A DNA stretch of 64,000 nucleotides from the NCBI GenBank assembly GCA_012839925.1, contig DUMJ01000043.1, positions 21,023 through 85,022 on the forward strand, given 5' to 3'. Within the stretch, counting starts at the first letter, position 1; every line of letters begins with the position of its first letter. Made by a program: the position numbers and the translations under genes. Positions 48,787 through 57,815 of this stretch are shown piece by piece. This DNA is from a bacterium (GTDB lineage Bacteria; DUMJ01). The notes under the pieces were generated by a model. The model worked only from the letters and a program-made list of their open reading frames with translations, made no database searches and had not been told where the DNA came from.

Positions 48787-50688
48787 ATGTCAAAAGGTAA
48801 AGCAAGAAAGTTTTTAACAAGTTTATTTGTACTTCTTTTTAGTGTTGTCCTTGTTGGAGAGGTAAGTTTTGCTCAATTACCAGTTGATATTCCCAGAAAT
48901 GAAACTCTGATACTGGATCAAATCTTTAGATATGGTCTTCCAAGGAATTTTAACCTGTGGAATCCAAACGCTGCGAACCCTACTAGGCAGGGATTGGTTT
49001 TTGATACTTTATGGTATATTGACCAGCAGACCGGTAAGTGGATAAATGCGCTGGCCAAAGAGCCTCCTACCTATAATAAAGATTATACAGAGATGACGGT
49101 TAAGTTACGAGATGGAATATACTGGAGTGATGGTGTTAAGTTTACTGCAGATGATGTGGTCTTTACTATTCAGAATATTAAGAAGACTCCAGGAATGCTC
49201 TGGAATGCACAATTTGATCTATATGTAGATAGTGTCCGTAAGGTCGATGACTTTACGGTGGTTATAAAACTGAAAGAACCTTATCCAAGATTTGATTCTC
49301 TATTTACATCCAGATATAATGCATGTTATATTCAACCTAAACATGTCTTTGAGAAAGTTGAAGATCCATTAAGATTTACTTTTTATCCTCCGGTATCTCT
49401 GGGAGCTTATGTCCTCAAAGATTCAGATCCTGCCGGCTACTGGGAACTCTATGAGAGAAGGAAGGATTGGAGTAGAACAAGTACTGGAATAGTTACTAAG
49501 AAGCCAGGTCCAAGGTATGTTCTGACGATTTTTTATGGTCCTAACGAGAAGAAAGTTGCTGCTATGATACAGCATAATCTTGATGTATTGATGGATCTTG
49601 ATATCGAGGCATTTCAAACTCTTATAAAGAGAAATTCTTATGCTCGTTCTTGGTATAAGGATTTCCCATGGGCATGGGGAGATGAGATAGACCATAGGTT
49701 CTTTGGATTTAATCTGGAAAAAGCTCCTTATAACATAAAGGATGTTAGATGGGCTTTAGCTTTAGCATTAGATATAGTTAAATTGAATACCGATTACATA
49801 GGTGGGGTTACTAGAGTTACTCCTATACCTCAACCTGCAACATCTTTTCATATGAAATATTATCATAAGCCCTTGCTACCATGGTTAAGAGATTTTAAGA
49901 TTGAAGTGGCTAATAACGAGTATTTCAAGCCATTTGATGCATCTGTACCAGAACGCTTGGTCAAGTGGGCTAAGGACCAGGGTTATACTGTTAGTGGTAA
50001 ACCACAGGATGTCTTTGGAGTTGGATGGTGGAAATATGCTCCTGAGGTATCAGAGAAGCTATTGACAAAGCATGGATTTAAACGTGGTAAAGATGGTAAA
50101 TGGTTATTGCCTGATGGTACTCCTTGGAAGATTCCCATTATAGCCTGCCCGGATGAAGTTGATGTCTTTAGATTGGCAATTGGAGCTGCTGATCAGTGGA
50201 AGAAATTTGGCATAGATGTGACTATAGAATCTCTGGAGAGAGATCCGTATTATGTGAAGCAGAGAATGGGGGACTTCGTCTGTACATCTAGCTGGGGTAT
50301 GGCAGATGGTGGTGGCGCAAGTGCAATAATAGATAAATGGCCATTTGCTTACTTTTTACATTCTGATTACTATGTCCCTACAGGACAATCCGCTAATGCT
50401 GGTAATTCCTTAAGAATAAAGTCTAAAGAGGTTGATAATCTTTTAGAGAAGATGGGGGCATTGAGTCCAAATGATCCCAAGATATTGGAGCTGGGAAGAG
50501 ATTGGATGAAGTTATTTGTAGAGAATATGTGGGGTATACCTACCCTCAGTTTTAAGAAGTTTGTAACGGTAGATAATTATTACTGGACTAATTTCCCCAC
50601 CGCAGAAAATCCTTATGGTCAACCCTGTTACTGGTTTATGGGGGGAAGATTTATACTACCAAATATGAGGCAAACTGGCAGAAAGTAA
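48787..50688 (+). CDS. ABC transporter family-5 solute-binding protein (first gene of a complete Opp/Dpp-like operon)
   Basis: 633 aa with a signal peptide. Family-5 SBP signatures are present. It is divergent from the three orphan SBP paralogs. The RBS is gaggagg. Confidence 0.85.
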   Translation: MSKGKARKFLTSLFVLLFSVVLVGEVSFAQLPVDIPRNETLILDQIFRYGLPRNFNLWNPNAANPTRQGLVFDTLWYIDQQTGKWINALAKEPPTYNKDYTEMTVKLRDGIYWSDGVKFTADDVVFTIQNIKKTPGMLWNAQFDLYVDSVRKVDDFTVVIKLKEPYPRFDSLFTSRYNACYIQPKHVFEKVEDPLRFTFYPPVSLGAYVLKDSDPAGYWELYERRKDWSRTSTGIVTKKPGPRYVLTIFYGPNEKKVAAMIQHNLDVLMDLDIEAFQTLIKRNSYARSWYKDFPWAWGDEIDHRFFGFNLEKAPYNIKDVRWALALALDIVKLNTDYIGGVTRVTPIPQPATSFHMKYYHKPLLPWLRDFKIEVANNEYFKPFDASVPERLVKWAKDQGYTVSGKPQDVFGVGWWKYAPEVSEKLLTKHGFKRGKDGKWLLPDGTPWKIPIIACPDEVDVFRLAIGAADQWKKFGIDVTIESLERDPYYVKQRMGDFVCTSSWGMADGGGASAIIDKWPFAYFLHSDYYVPTGQSANAGNSLRIKSKEVDNLLEKMGALSPNDPKILELGRDWMKLFVENMWGIPTLSFKKFVTVDNYYWTNFPTAENPYGQPCYWFMGGRFILPNMRQTGRK

Positions 50689-50713
50689 CTAATTTACTAG
50701 TACATCTAAGTAT

Positions 50714-50739
50714 CCCCCCTGGAGACGTCTCCAGGGGGG
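50714..50739 (+). terminator. 26-nt perfect palindrome cccccctggagacg/cgtctccagggggg between the SBP and permease genes, with no U-tract
   Basis: Seen directly in the sequence. It lies 26 nt after the SBP stop and 19 nt before the permease start. Confidence 0.55.
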
Positions 50740-50757
50740 AAGAAAGGATTAAGGACT

Positions 50758-51759
50758 ATGGAGAATCTTTTAAAGTATATAATTCCCAGGATTTTTCAAT
50801 GTATGATCGTAATTTTTGTGGGAGTAACTATAGTATTTATAGTGCCAAGACTTACACCTATGGATCCTGTACAGTCCATAATCAGTAGAGTAACTGCTCT
50901 CGTAGATACTGATCCAAGAGCCGTCGAAAAGCTGGTGGAGACCTTAACAGATCTTTATGGTTTGAGAGGAAGTTTATTGGAGCAATACTTGAGATTCTGG
51001 AAACATCTTTTATCCGGGGATCTAGGACCTTCTCTTACTATGTTTCCCGCAAGTGTAGTGGATATAATTAAGATTTCACTGCCATGGACTATAGGTTTAA
51101 TGACTATTTCCACTATAATAGCATGGCTTTTAGGTATTATTTTAGGAACTCTTGCCGGCTATTTCTCCAATAAAAGATGGTCTCAGATCTTGGGTACTGT
51201 AGTTATGTGTATTTATCCTATTCCCTATTATATAATAGCATTAATCCTGGTGCTTCTTTTTGCCTATCTACTTCCAATATTCCCTCTTATGGGGGGGGCG
51301 TCAATAGGCTTAAAACCCTCCTTTAGCTGGAGTTTTATCACTAGCTTACTTAAACACGGATTTCTTCCTGCCATTTCTCTTGTTATAGGCACTATTGGCT
51401 GGATATTTATGAGTCAGAGGGCTCTGATTTCGAGGTTAGTTGCCAGTGATTTTATAGTCTTTGCAGAAACAGCATCTTTGCCTAGGAAAAAGATTCTCTC
51501 TTACCTGATCAGAAATAGTATGTTACCTCAAATTACTGACCTTGCACTTTCTTTGGGAGGTATTTTTAGTGGTGCTATTATCACGGAGCAGGTATTCTCT
51601 TATCCCGGGATAGGTGTGGTACTTTATTCTGCCATACTTCAAGGGGATTTCAATCTTATGATGGGAATATCAATATTTTCGATAATAGGAATCGCTACAG
51701 CAGCTTTAGTTTTGGATCTTATCTATCCTCTTTTAGATCCGCGAATTCGATATAAGTGA
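50758..51759 (+). CDS. Opp/Dpp-type ABC permease (DppB/OppB-like)
   Basis: 333 aa with six TM segments and the BPD_transp_1 EAA region. Confidence 0.85.
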   Translation: MENLLKYIIPRIFQCMIVIFVGVTIVFIVPRLTPMDPVQSIISRVTALVDTDPRAVEKLVETLTDLYGLRGSLLEQYLRFWKHLLSGDLGPSLTMFPASVVDIIKISLPWTIGLMTISTIIAWLLGIILGTLAGYFSNKRWSQILGTVVMCIYPIPYYIIALILVLLFAYLLPIFPLMGGASIGLKPSFSWSFITSLLKHGFLPAISLVIGTIGWIFMSQRALISRLVASDFIVFAETASLPRKKILSYLIRNSMLPQITDLALSLGGIFSGAIITEQVFSYPGIGVVLYSAILQGDFNLMMGISIFSIIGIATAALVLDLIYPLLDPRIRYK

Positions 51760-51775
51760 AGGGGGTCAAAGTGAT

Positions 51776-52642
51776 ATGTCTGCATTTAAGGAATTACTCA
51801 AAACTGATAGAAGATTTCTTATAGGTTTCTTTATAATTGTAACTGTCATCATACTGGCTTTTATGTCTTTCTTCTCGCCATATAAACCAGATGAACGTCA
51901 CGTACTTCCTAAAGATCAGTCTCCTTCTCTTCAACATCCTCTTGGCACAAGTTCACTTGGGCAGGATATATTCTGGTTATTAACATTTGCGATAAAGAAT
52001 TCGCTCATAATAGGGCTCCTTGCCGTATTCTTTTCAAGGATAGGTGCTATTGCAATTGGTTTACTTTCTGGATATATAGGAGGTAATACTGATAAAGTAT
52101 TAACGACATTAGCAGATAGTTTTATCGTTCTACCACGTTTACCAATCTTAATACTCCTCTCCTTTGCTTTTAGAAGCAACTTGAACTTTTTAACTATGGC
52201 TTTTTTGCTTGCCTTTTTAGACTGGGCATGGCCTTCAAAGAGGTATAGGTCACAGATTTTAAGCTTAAAAGAGATGGAATTTACGACTACTGCAATATTT
52301 TCTGGCAGGAGAACTCTTGGGGTAATATTAAAAGAACATATACCCTTTCTTATCCCTTATATAATGGCTGACTTTATAAGTGGATTTTTATGGGCTATAG
52401 GGATGGAAATTACCCTATCTGTTTTGGGACTCTCTAATTTAGATACCCCTACCATAGGGACAATGATTTATTGGGCGAATTATTATCAGGCTATGCTTAA
52501 AGGAACTTGGTGGTGGATTGGTCCGCCTGTCATCGCATTAATCATTACAGTTATCGGATTTTATCTTCTATCTGTAAGCATAGGTAACTTCCTTGATCCT
52601 AGAACGAGGATTCAGAGGATAGGAGGATGGAGGACTGAATGA
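51776..52642 (+). CDS. Opp/Dpp-type ABC permease (DppC/OppC-like)
   Basis: 288 aa TM protein. It overlaps the downstream ATPase gene by 4 nt. Confidence 0.85.
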   Translation: MSAFKELLKTDRRFLIGFFIIVTVIILAFMSFFSPYKPDERHVLPKDQSPSLQHPLGTSSLGQDIFWLLTFAIKNSLIIGLLAVFFSRIGAIAIGLLSGYIGGNTDKVLTTLADSFIVLPRLPILILLSFAFRSNLNFLTMAFLLAFLDWAWPSKRYRSQILSLKEMEFTTTAIFSGRRTLGVILKEHIPFLIPYIMADFISGFLWAIGMEITLSVLGLSNLDTPTIGTMIYWANYYQAMLKGTWWWIGPPVIALIITVIGFYLLSVSIGNFLDPRTRIQRIGGWRTE

Positions 52643-53655
52643 GATCGAACCCTTTATCGATAGTTAAGGTGGAAGAGCTAAAAGCATACTACGTGTCAGA
52701 GTCTTATGGGATTAATAGTGTTGTTAAGGCTGTTGATGACGTTTCTTTTGAGATATATGAAGACGAGATCCTGGGAATTGCTGGGGAATCAGGTTGTGGT
52801 AAGACTACCCTGTTAAAAACACTTCTGGGTACAATTAAACCCCCGCTTTCTATATTTGGAGGTAGGATATTCTACAGAATAGAGGATGAGTATAGAGATA
52901 TTCTCTCTTTTAGAGAAGGAGAACTTAGAGATATAAGATGGAAGATAGTTTCTTACATACCACAGGGGTCGATGAGTGTCCTCAATCCGGTGAGGAAGAT
53001 AAAGGATACATTCTTGGATTTTATGGAAGCACATAGACCTGATATCAGTAAGAGTGAATTTGATTCTCTTGTTAAGAATTACCTAGGGGCTCTTGGTCTA
53101 CCCACAGAAGTTTTGGATTCTTATCCCCATCAGCTTTCTGGTGGGATGAGGCAGAGGGTCACAATTGCCCTGTCTACCATCTTTAAGCCAAAGATTGTAT
53201 TGGCGGATGAACCGACTACCGCCTTAGATGTTGTTGTTCAAAGAGGTATCTTACAACTTCTGAGAAAGATCCAGAGGGAAGAGAAAAATACTCTGGTTGT
53301 GGTCTCCCATGATATGGGGGTACATGCTCGTATAAGTGATAGAGTTGGAATTATGTATGCCGGTAAGATAATAGAAATTGGTAACACTGAAGAGATATAT
53401 ACCAATCCTCTCCATCCGTATACGAGATATTTGATAAGTTCTTTACCAAAGATAGGAGATAAGGCTTATAGGACTGGCGTTCCCGGTAGTCCTCCATCAC
53501 TTTCAAACCTGCCAGCTGGATGTCGTTTTCAGGATCGATGTCCTGAGATAAAAGATATATGCAGGGAAGAGGAGCCATCTCTAGTTGAAGTGAATGATAA
53601 TCATAAGGTAGCCTGTTTTCTCGTATCGAAGGGAGAAGAAAACTATGAATCATAA
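52639..53655 (+). CDS. Opp/Dpp-type ABC ATPase (DppD/OppD-like) with C-terminal oligopeptide-transporter domain
   Basis: 338 aa. Walker A (GESGCGKTT), the signature LSGGMRQR and Walker B (VLADEPTTALD) are present. Confidence 0.9.
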   Translation: MRSNPLSIVKVEELKAYYVSESYGINSVVKAVDDVSFEIYEDEILGIAGESGCGKTTLLKTLLGTIKPPLSIFGGRIFYRIEDEYRDILSFREGELRDIRWKIVSYIPQGSMSVLNPVRKIKDTFLDFMEAHRPDISKSEFDSLVKNYLGALGLPTEVLDSYPHQLSGGMRQRVTIALSTIFKPKIVLADEPTTALDVVVQRGILQLLRKIQREEKNTLVVVSHDMGVHARISDRVGIMYAGKIIEIGNTEEIYTNPLHPYTRYLISSLPKIGDKAYRTGVPGSPPSLSNLPAGCRFQDRCPEIKDICREEEPSLVEVNDNHKVACFLVSKGEENYES

Positions 53656-54622
53656 TAATAAATTACTTTTTATTAAAAATTTAACAAAGATTTTTAGCGC
53701 AGGAAGTTTTCTTTTTAAGAGTAATATAGTTGCAGTAAATAATGTCTCACTTGAGTTAAACGCCCAAAGAGCTGAAATATTTACCCTGGCAGGGGAAAGT
53801 GGGAGTGGTAAGACAACTCTTGCTCGAATAATCCTTGGGTTGGTTCGTCCCACTTCTGGAACCATACTATATAAGGGCAGAGATATAACTCAGATAAAAA
53901 GTGCTAAGGATTGGAAATGGTTTACCAGAGAAGTACAACCTATTTCGCAGAATCCCTTTGATACTTTTAGCCCATTGAACAAGGTAGAGACGTATCTTTA
54001 TGATACCGCTATAAATTATAATATAGTTACCAATAAATCCGAAGTTTACAATATTTTAGATGAAAAACTAAAAGCGGTTGGGCTTTCTTGGGATGAGGTA
54101 AGGGGTAAATATCCGAATGAGTTCTCTGGAGGACAGCTACAGAGGCTTTCTATAGCCAGGGCTATTATTACAAATCCCTCTCTGATAGTGGCAGACGAAC
54201 CTGTCTCTATGATAGATGCATCTCTACGAATGTCCATAGTTAACCTTTTTAAGAATCTTAAAGAGCAGTTTAATGTAAGTGTTATATATATTACCCATGA
54301 TCTTGCCACCGCATATTATATAAGTGATCGGATAGCAATAATGCTGAGAGGTTCTATAGTAGAATCCGGTCCAGTAGAAAAAGTTTTGAACGCACCATTA
54401 CATCCCTATACGAAATTGCTTAAACAATCAATACCTGAACCTACTATAGATGTGCAGTGGGAAGAAGAAATTCAGTTATCTGTCACTGAGATCAAAGAAT
54501 TTACTGCGTCTGGATGTAAGTTTGCAGCCAGATGTCCTTATGTAATGGAAACCTGTAAGACTAAAGAACCAGAAGAAACTTTTGTAGATGAAAGAGCTGT
54601 AAGATGTTATTTATATAAGTGA
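53645..54622 (+). CDS. Opp/Dpp-type ABC ATPase (DppF/OppF-like)
   Basis: 325 aa. Walker A (GESGSGKTT), the signature FSGGQLQR and Walker B (IVADEPVSMID) are present. Confidence 0.9.
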   Translation: MNHNNKLLFIKNLTKIFSAGSFLFKSNIVAVNNVSLELNAQRAEIFTLAGESGSGKTTLARIILGLVRPTSGTILYKGRDITQIKSAKDWKWFTREVQPISQNPFDTFSPLNKVETYLYDTAINYNIVTNKSEVYNILDEKLKAVGLSWDEVRGKYPNEFSGGQLQRLSIARAIITNPSLIVADEPVSMIDASLRMSIVNLFKNLKEQFNVSVIYITHDLATAYYISDRIAIMLRGSIVESGPVEKVLNAPLHPYTKLLKQSIPEPTIDVQWEEEIQLSVTEIKEFTASGCKFAARCPYVMETCKTKEPEETFVDERAVRCYLYK

Positions 54623-54673
54623 GTAGAAAAAGAGATAACTGCCAGATCTATTGAATTGACCCAAGTCAAATAT

Positions 54674-54704
54674 AGAGAGACCCAAGTATTCAGTGGGTCT
54701 CTCT
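54674..54704. terminator. Convergent (bidirectional) terminator hairpin agagagaccca...tgggtctctct between dppF-like and glpK
   Basis: An 11-bp stem with a 9-nt loop is followed by ctcttcttac on the plus strand and tatatttgac on the minus strand. Confidence 0.5.
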
Positions 54705-54706
54705 TC

Positions 54707-56194
54707 TTACTCACTGAGGCTAAGTTTTACTGCCTGCTTCCATCCACCGTATAGTCTTTCTCTTTCCGCTGAACTCATCTCTGGTATAAATACCCTGTCT
54801 ATCTCTCTCAGAGATGTAAGTTCATCTGGATTATTCCATATTCCTGTTGCCAGACCGGCAATAAATGCTGATCCAAGTGCTGATAGTTCCTCAATTTTAA
54901 CCCTGACTACCGGAACATTTAAAATATCTGCCTGAAATTGCATTAGAAAGTTGTCTCTTGTAGGTCCACCGTCAACTCTAAGCTCTTTTAAAGTTATGCT
55001 TGATTCTTCTGTCATCAACTCTATAATATCTCTTATCTGATAAGCTATTGATTCTTCGGCAGCCCTTATAATATGCGCCTTTCTGGTATTTGATGACATA
55101 CCTGTAATTATCGCTCTTGCGTCACTATCCCAATATGGTGCTCCTAATCCAACGAATGCAGGGACAAAGTATACGCCATTGTTATCATCCACTGTACTTG
55201 CTAAAATTCCAGCCTCTTTTGAATTAGCAAGAAGCTCTAGATTTTCTACCAGCCACTTTATTGTGGCACCGGTATAATTTATATTTCCCTCCAGAACATA
55301 AGAAATTCCATTTTTAGTATTCCAGCCTATAGATGTTACTATACCGCTGGCAGGAATTACCAATCTATCTCCTATATTCATCATTACAGAAGAGCCAGTG
55401 CCATATGTTGCTTTAGCCATACCCTTTTCAAAACAGGCTTGACCAAAGAGTGCAGCATGGGAGTCTCCTGTGATTCCTGTTACAGGAATACTTCTCCTGA
55501 TCTTGTTTCCTAGTGAAAAATATCCAAATATCTCATCAGATTTTTTCACCATGGGCATCATAGATTCTGGTATAGTAAATATCTCTAAAAGTTCTTTGTC
55601 CCAGCTTAATTCTCTAATATTGAACAGCTGGGTACGGCTGGCATTGGTGTAATCGGTCAGGTGGTTTTCACCATTTGTAAGTTTCCATATAAGCCAGGAA
55701 TCAATAGTTCCACATAGTAATTCTCCTGATTCAGCCCTCTCTCTGGCTGATTCTATATTATCCAGGATCCACTTTATTTTGGATGCTGAGAAGTAAGGTG
55801 ATAAGACTAGTCCGGTTTTTTCTTTTATAGTTTTCTGGAGACCTTCCCTCTCTAACTTTTTACATATCTCTGAGCTACGCTGACATTGCCATACAACAGC
55901 GTTGCATACCGGTTTTCCGGTCTTTTTACTCCAGACCACAGCGGTTTCTCTCTGATTTGTTATAGATAATGCAGCTATATCTTCTATAGCCACCCCACTT
56001 TCCTGGATCACTTTATTAATAGCTATAAGTGTATTTTCATATATCTCTTCAGGATTGTGCTCTACCCAACCTGGCTTTGGATAATATTGCTTATGCTCAA
56101 TATTAAATCTGTGAACCAGTTTTCCCACACTGTTAAAAATAATTGCTTTTGTACTGGAGGTGCTCTGGTCTATAGATAGGATATATCTTTCCAT
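54707..56194 (-). CDS. glpK: Glycerol kinase
   Basis: 495 aa. It aligns colinearly with E. coli GlpK: YPKPGWVEHNP, ITNQRET, GKPVCNAVVWQCQRS, TDYTNASRTQLFNI, GMAKATYGTGS, NGVYFVPAFVGLGAPYWD, LRVDGGPTRDNFLMQFQADIL and YGGWKQAVK. Confidence 0.9.
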   Translation of the reverse strand: MERYILSIDQSTSSTKAIIFNSVGKLVHRFNIEHKQYYPKPGWVEHNPEEIYENTLIAINKVIQESGVAIEDIAALSITNQRETAVVWSKKTGKPVCNAVVWQCQRSSEICKKLEREGLQKTIKEKTGLVLSPYFSASKIKWILDNIESARERAESGELLCGTIDSWLIWKLTNGENHLTDYTNASRTQLFNIRELSWDKELLEIFTIPESMMPMVKKSDEIFGYFSLGNKIRRSIPVTGITGDSHAALFGQACFEKGMAKATYGTGSSVMMNIGDRLVIPASGIVTSIGWNTKNGISYVLEGNINYTGATIKWLVENLELLANSKEAGILASTVDDNNGVYFVPAFVGLGAPYWDSDARAIITGMSSNTRKAHIIRAAEESIAYQIRDIIELMTEESSITLKELRVDGGPTRDNFLMQFQADILNVPVVRVKIEELSALGSAFIAGLATGIWNNPDELTSLREIDRVFIPEMSSAERERLYGGWKQAVKLSLSE

Positions 56195-56200
56195 AGAAAC

Positions 56201-57658
56201 CTATTCCTTAATCTGTTTAAGCCTTATTGCAATATAGGGCTTTGATGGAAGACATATTTTAAACTCACCCTCATATATCCCAGGGACTTCTTCTACTGTC
56301 ATATCCCAGGTGTCTATAATCTCAACCTTGAATCTTATCCCCGAAGGTAACTTAAATATTCTATATGCCGGCTGATTAAAACCAAGATAGATAATATAAT
56401 ATTCTCCCTCTATTCCACCACATGGTACATCGGTATACATATGTATCGGATTTATCCCGTAATTTGGTCCTTCCTCTATTATTCTTCTTAAAAATGCTAT
56501 TCTCTCTGGACTCTTGCCGTATAACTTCCCACCTTTTGACCACCACAGTATATCCTCTGGATGGAGATATGTTTCACCATGCCCTACATATCCACCTCTA
56601 ACATATCCCTCCCAGAATCTCCTTACCATTTCTTCGCCGGTTATGCTTCCCCATCCTCTATGTATATTTCCTTCATAGGCACATTCATCTATCACCACAG
56701 GTTTTTTGTATGTTTCTCTCCAGGTATCAGTATTCTCAGCAGTTTTATACCAGTCCACTCTCTGAATGCTGCAGTGGGTTACCCATGGTTTTGTAAAATC
56801 ATACATAACTCTACAGTTATGTATGGACCTCAAATGTCCATAGGGGTCATTTTCCCTTATTATTCTGGCAAATCTCTCCCAATCCAACAGGGTTTTGGAT
56901 CGCATGATGTCATACTCGTTTGCCAGCGACCACCATACATTTCTGAATGCAGAAAAACGGGCTATTACATATTTGAGATATCTATCATCAAATTCTCCAT
57001 CCATTGTTGAGAAACCCCAGCGGTCATAAGGATGAAAGAGTATCATATCTGCCTCTATTCCCAAATCCTGCAGGTCCTTTATCCTTACCTCCATATGCCT
57101 GAAGAATTCGACGTTAAACCTGCTAAAATCCCAACCTCTCTCTGGAGAGCCTTCAAAGGGATAATACTCAGGCTCATTATGGTTAAACTCATAATGTTTT
57201 GGGAATACACACATCCTCAGTTTATTAAATGGTGATTTTTTCAGGGTATCCAGTGTCTGTTTCTCAAGCTCTTCTCCCTGATGTACCCAGGCGTAACATG
57301 TTGTTCCTATTGGATAATAAGGCGTTCCATCTTCGTAGGCAAAGTGAAATGTATTCACAACCCTTACAGGTCCGTGGTTATTTTGAGAGGGGGGCACACA
57401 TAAAAATTTACCTTCTATCCTATCCAGTGAGTTGATGTTACTTGCTGTTGTAAAGCTCCATTCTCCTTCTGAGTCGGGCATAAATCTTATCTTATAGGTT
57501 CCATCTCCATCATAAAAACCTTCAACTTCAACCTTTTTATTTTTGTATTTGAATTCTGCCCTTATACTGATGTCTAAAAAGGGATTACCCTCAGATGGTC
57601 CATTTAATGTAGTTTCGAATATCCCCCACCTCTCAACTTTCATAAGACTTTCTTCCAT
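56201..57658 (-). CDS. DUF5060 + DUF4038 protein (GH140-like putative glycoside hydrolase), cytoplasmic
   Basis: 485 aa. The N-terminus VERWGIFETTLNGPSEGNPFLDISIRAEFKYKNKKVEVEGFYDGDGTYKIRFMPDSEGEW matches my recollection of the DUF5060 Ig-like domain preceding a DUF4038 TIM-barrel. There is no signal peptide. It lies 6 nt upstream of glpK. Confidence 0.45.
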   Translation of the reverse strand: MEESLMKVERWGIFETTLNGPSEGNPFLDISIRAEFKYKNKKVEVEGFYDGDGTYKIRFMPDSEGEWSFTTASNINSLDRIEGKFLCVPPSQNNHGPVRVVNTFHFAYEDGTPYYPIGTTCYAWVHQGEELEKQTLDTLKKSPFNKLRMCVFPKHYEFNHNEPEYYPFEGSPERGWDFSRFNVEFFRHMEVRIKDLQDLGIEADMILFHPYDRWGFSTMDGEFDDRYLKYVIARFSAFRNVWWSLANEYDIMRSKTLLDWERFARIIRENDPYGHLRSIHNCRVMYDFTKPWVTHCSIQRVDWYKTAENTDTWRETYKKPVVIDECAYEGNIHRGWGSITGEEMVRRFWEGYVRGGYVGHGETYLHPEDILWWSKGGKLYGKSPERIAFLRRIIEEGPNYGINPIHMYTDVPCGGIEGEYYIIYLGFNQPAYRIFKLPSGIRFKVEIIDTWDMTVEEVPGIYEGEFKICLPSKPYIAIRLKQIKE

Positions 57659-57815
57659 ATTAACCTCCTGTTATTATAATATTGGGACTACTTTTATAGA
57701 TGCCTTTTTCTATCAGGTTAAGAGCCTCTTCTAAGGACCCGAATTTCTCTTCTTTAATCCACTACAGTATAAATAACATATTCATAGCTACCAGTCAACA
57801 GCTTCTAATTTTTCC

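Noticed and set aside
54707-56194. Possibility that the FGGY kinase is an apulose/xylulose-type kinase linked to the GH140-like protein and split transketolase (apiose pathway)
   Set aside because: The protein is colinear and highly similar to E. coli glycerol kinase across all diagnostic blocks, so it is bona fide GlpK. The apiose link is kept only as a low-confidence speculation.
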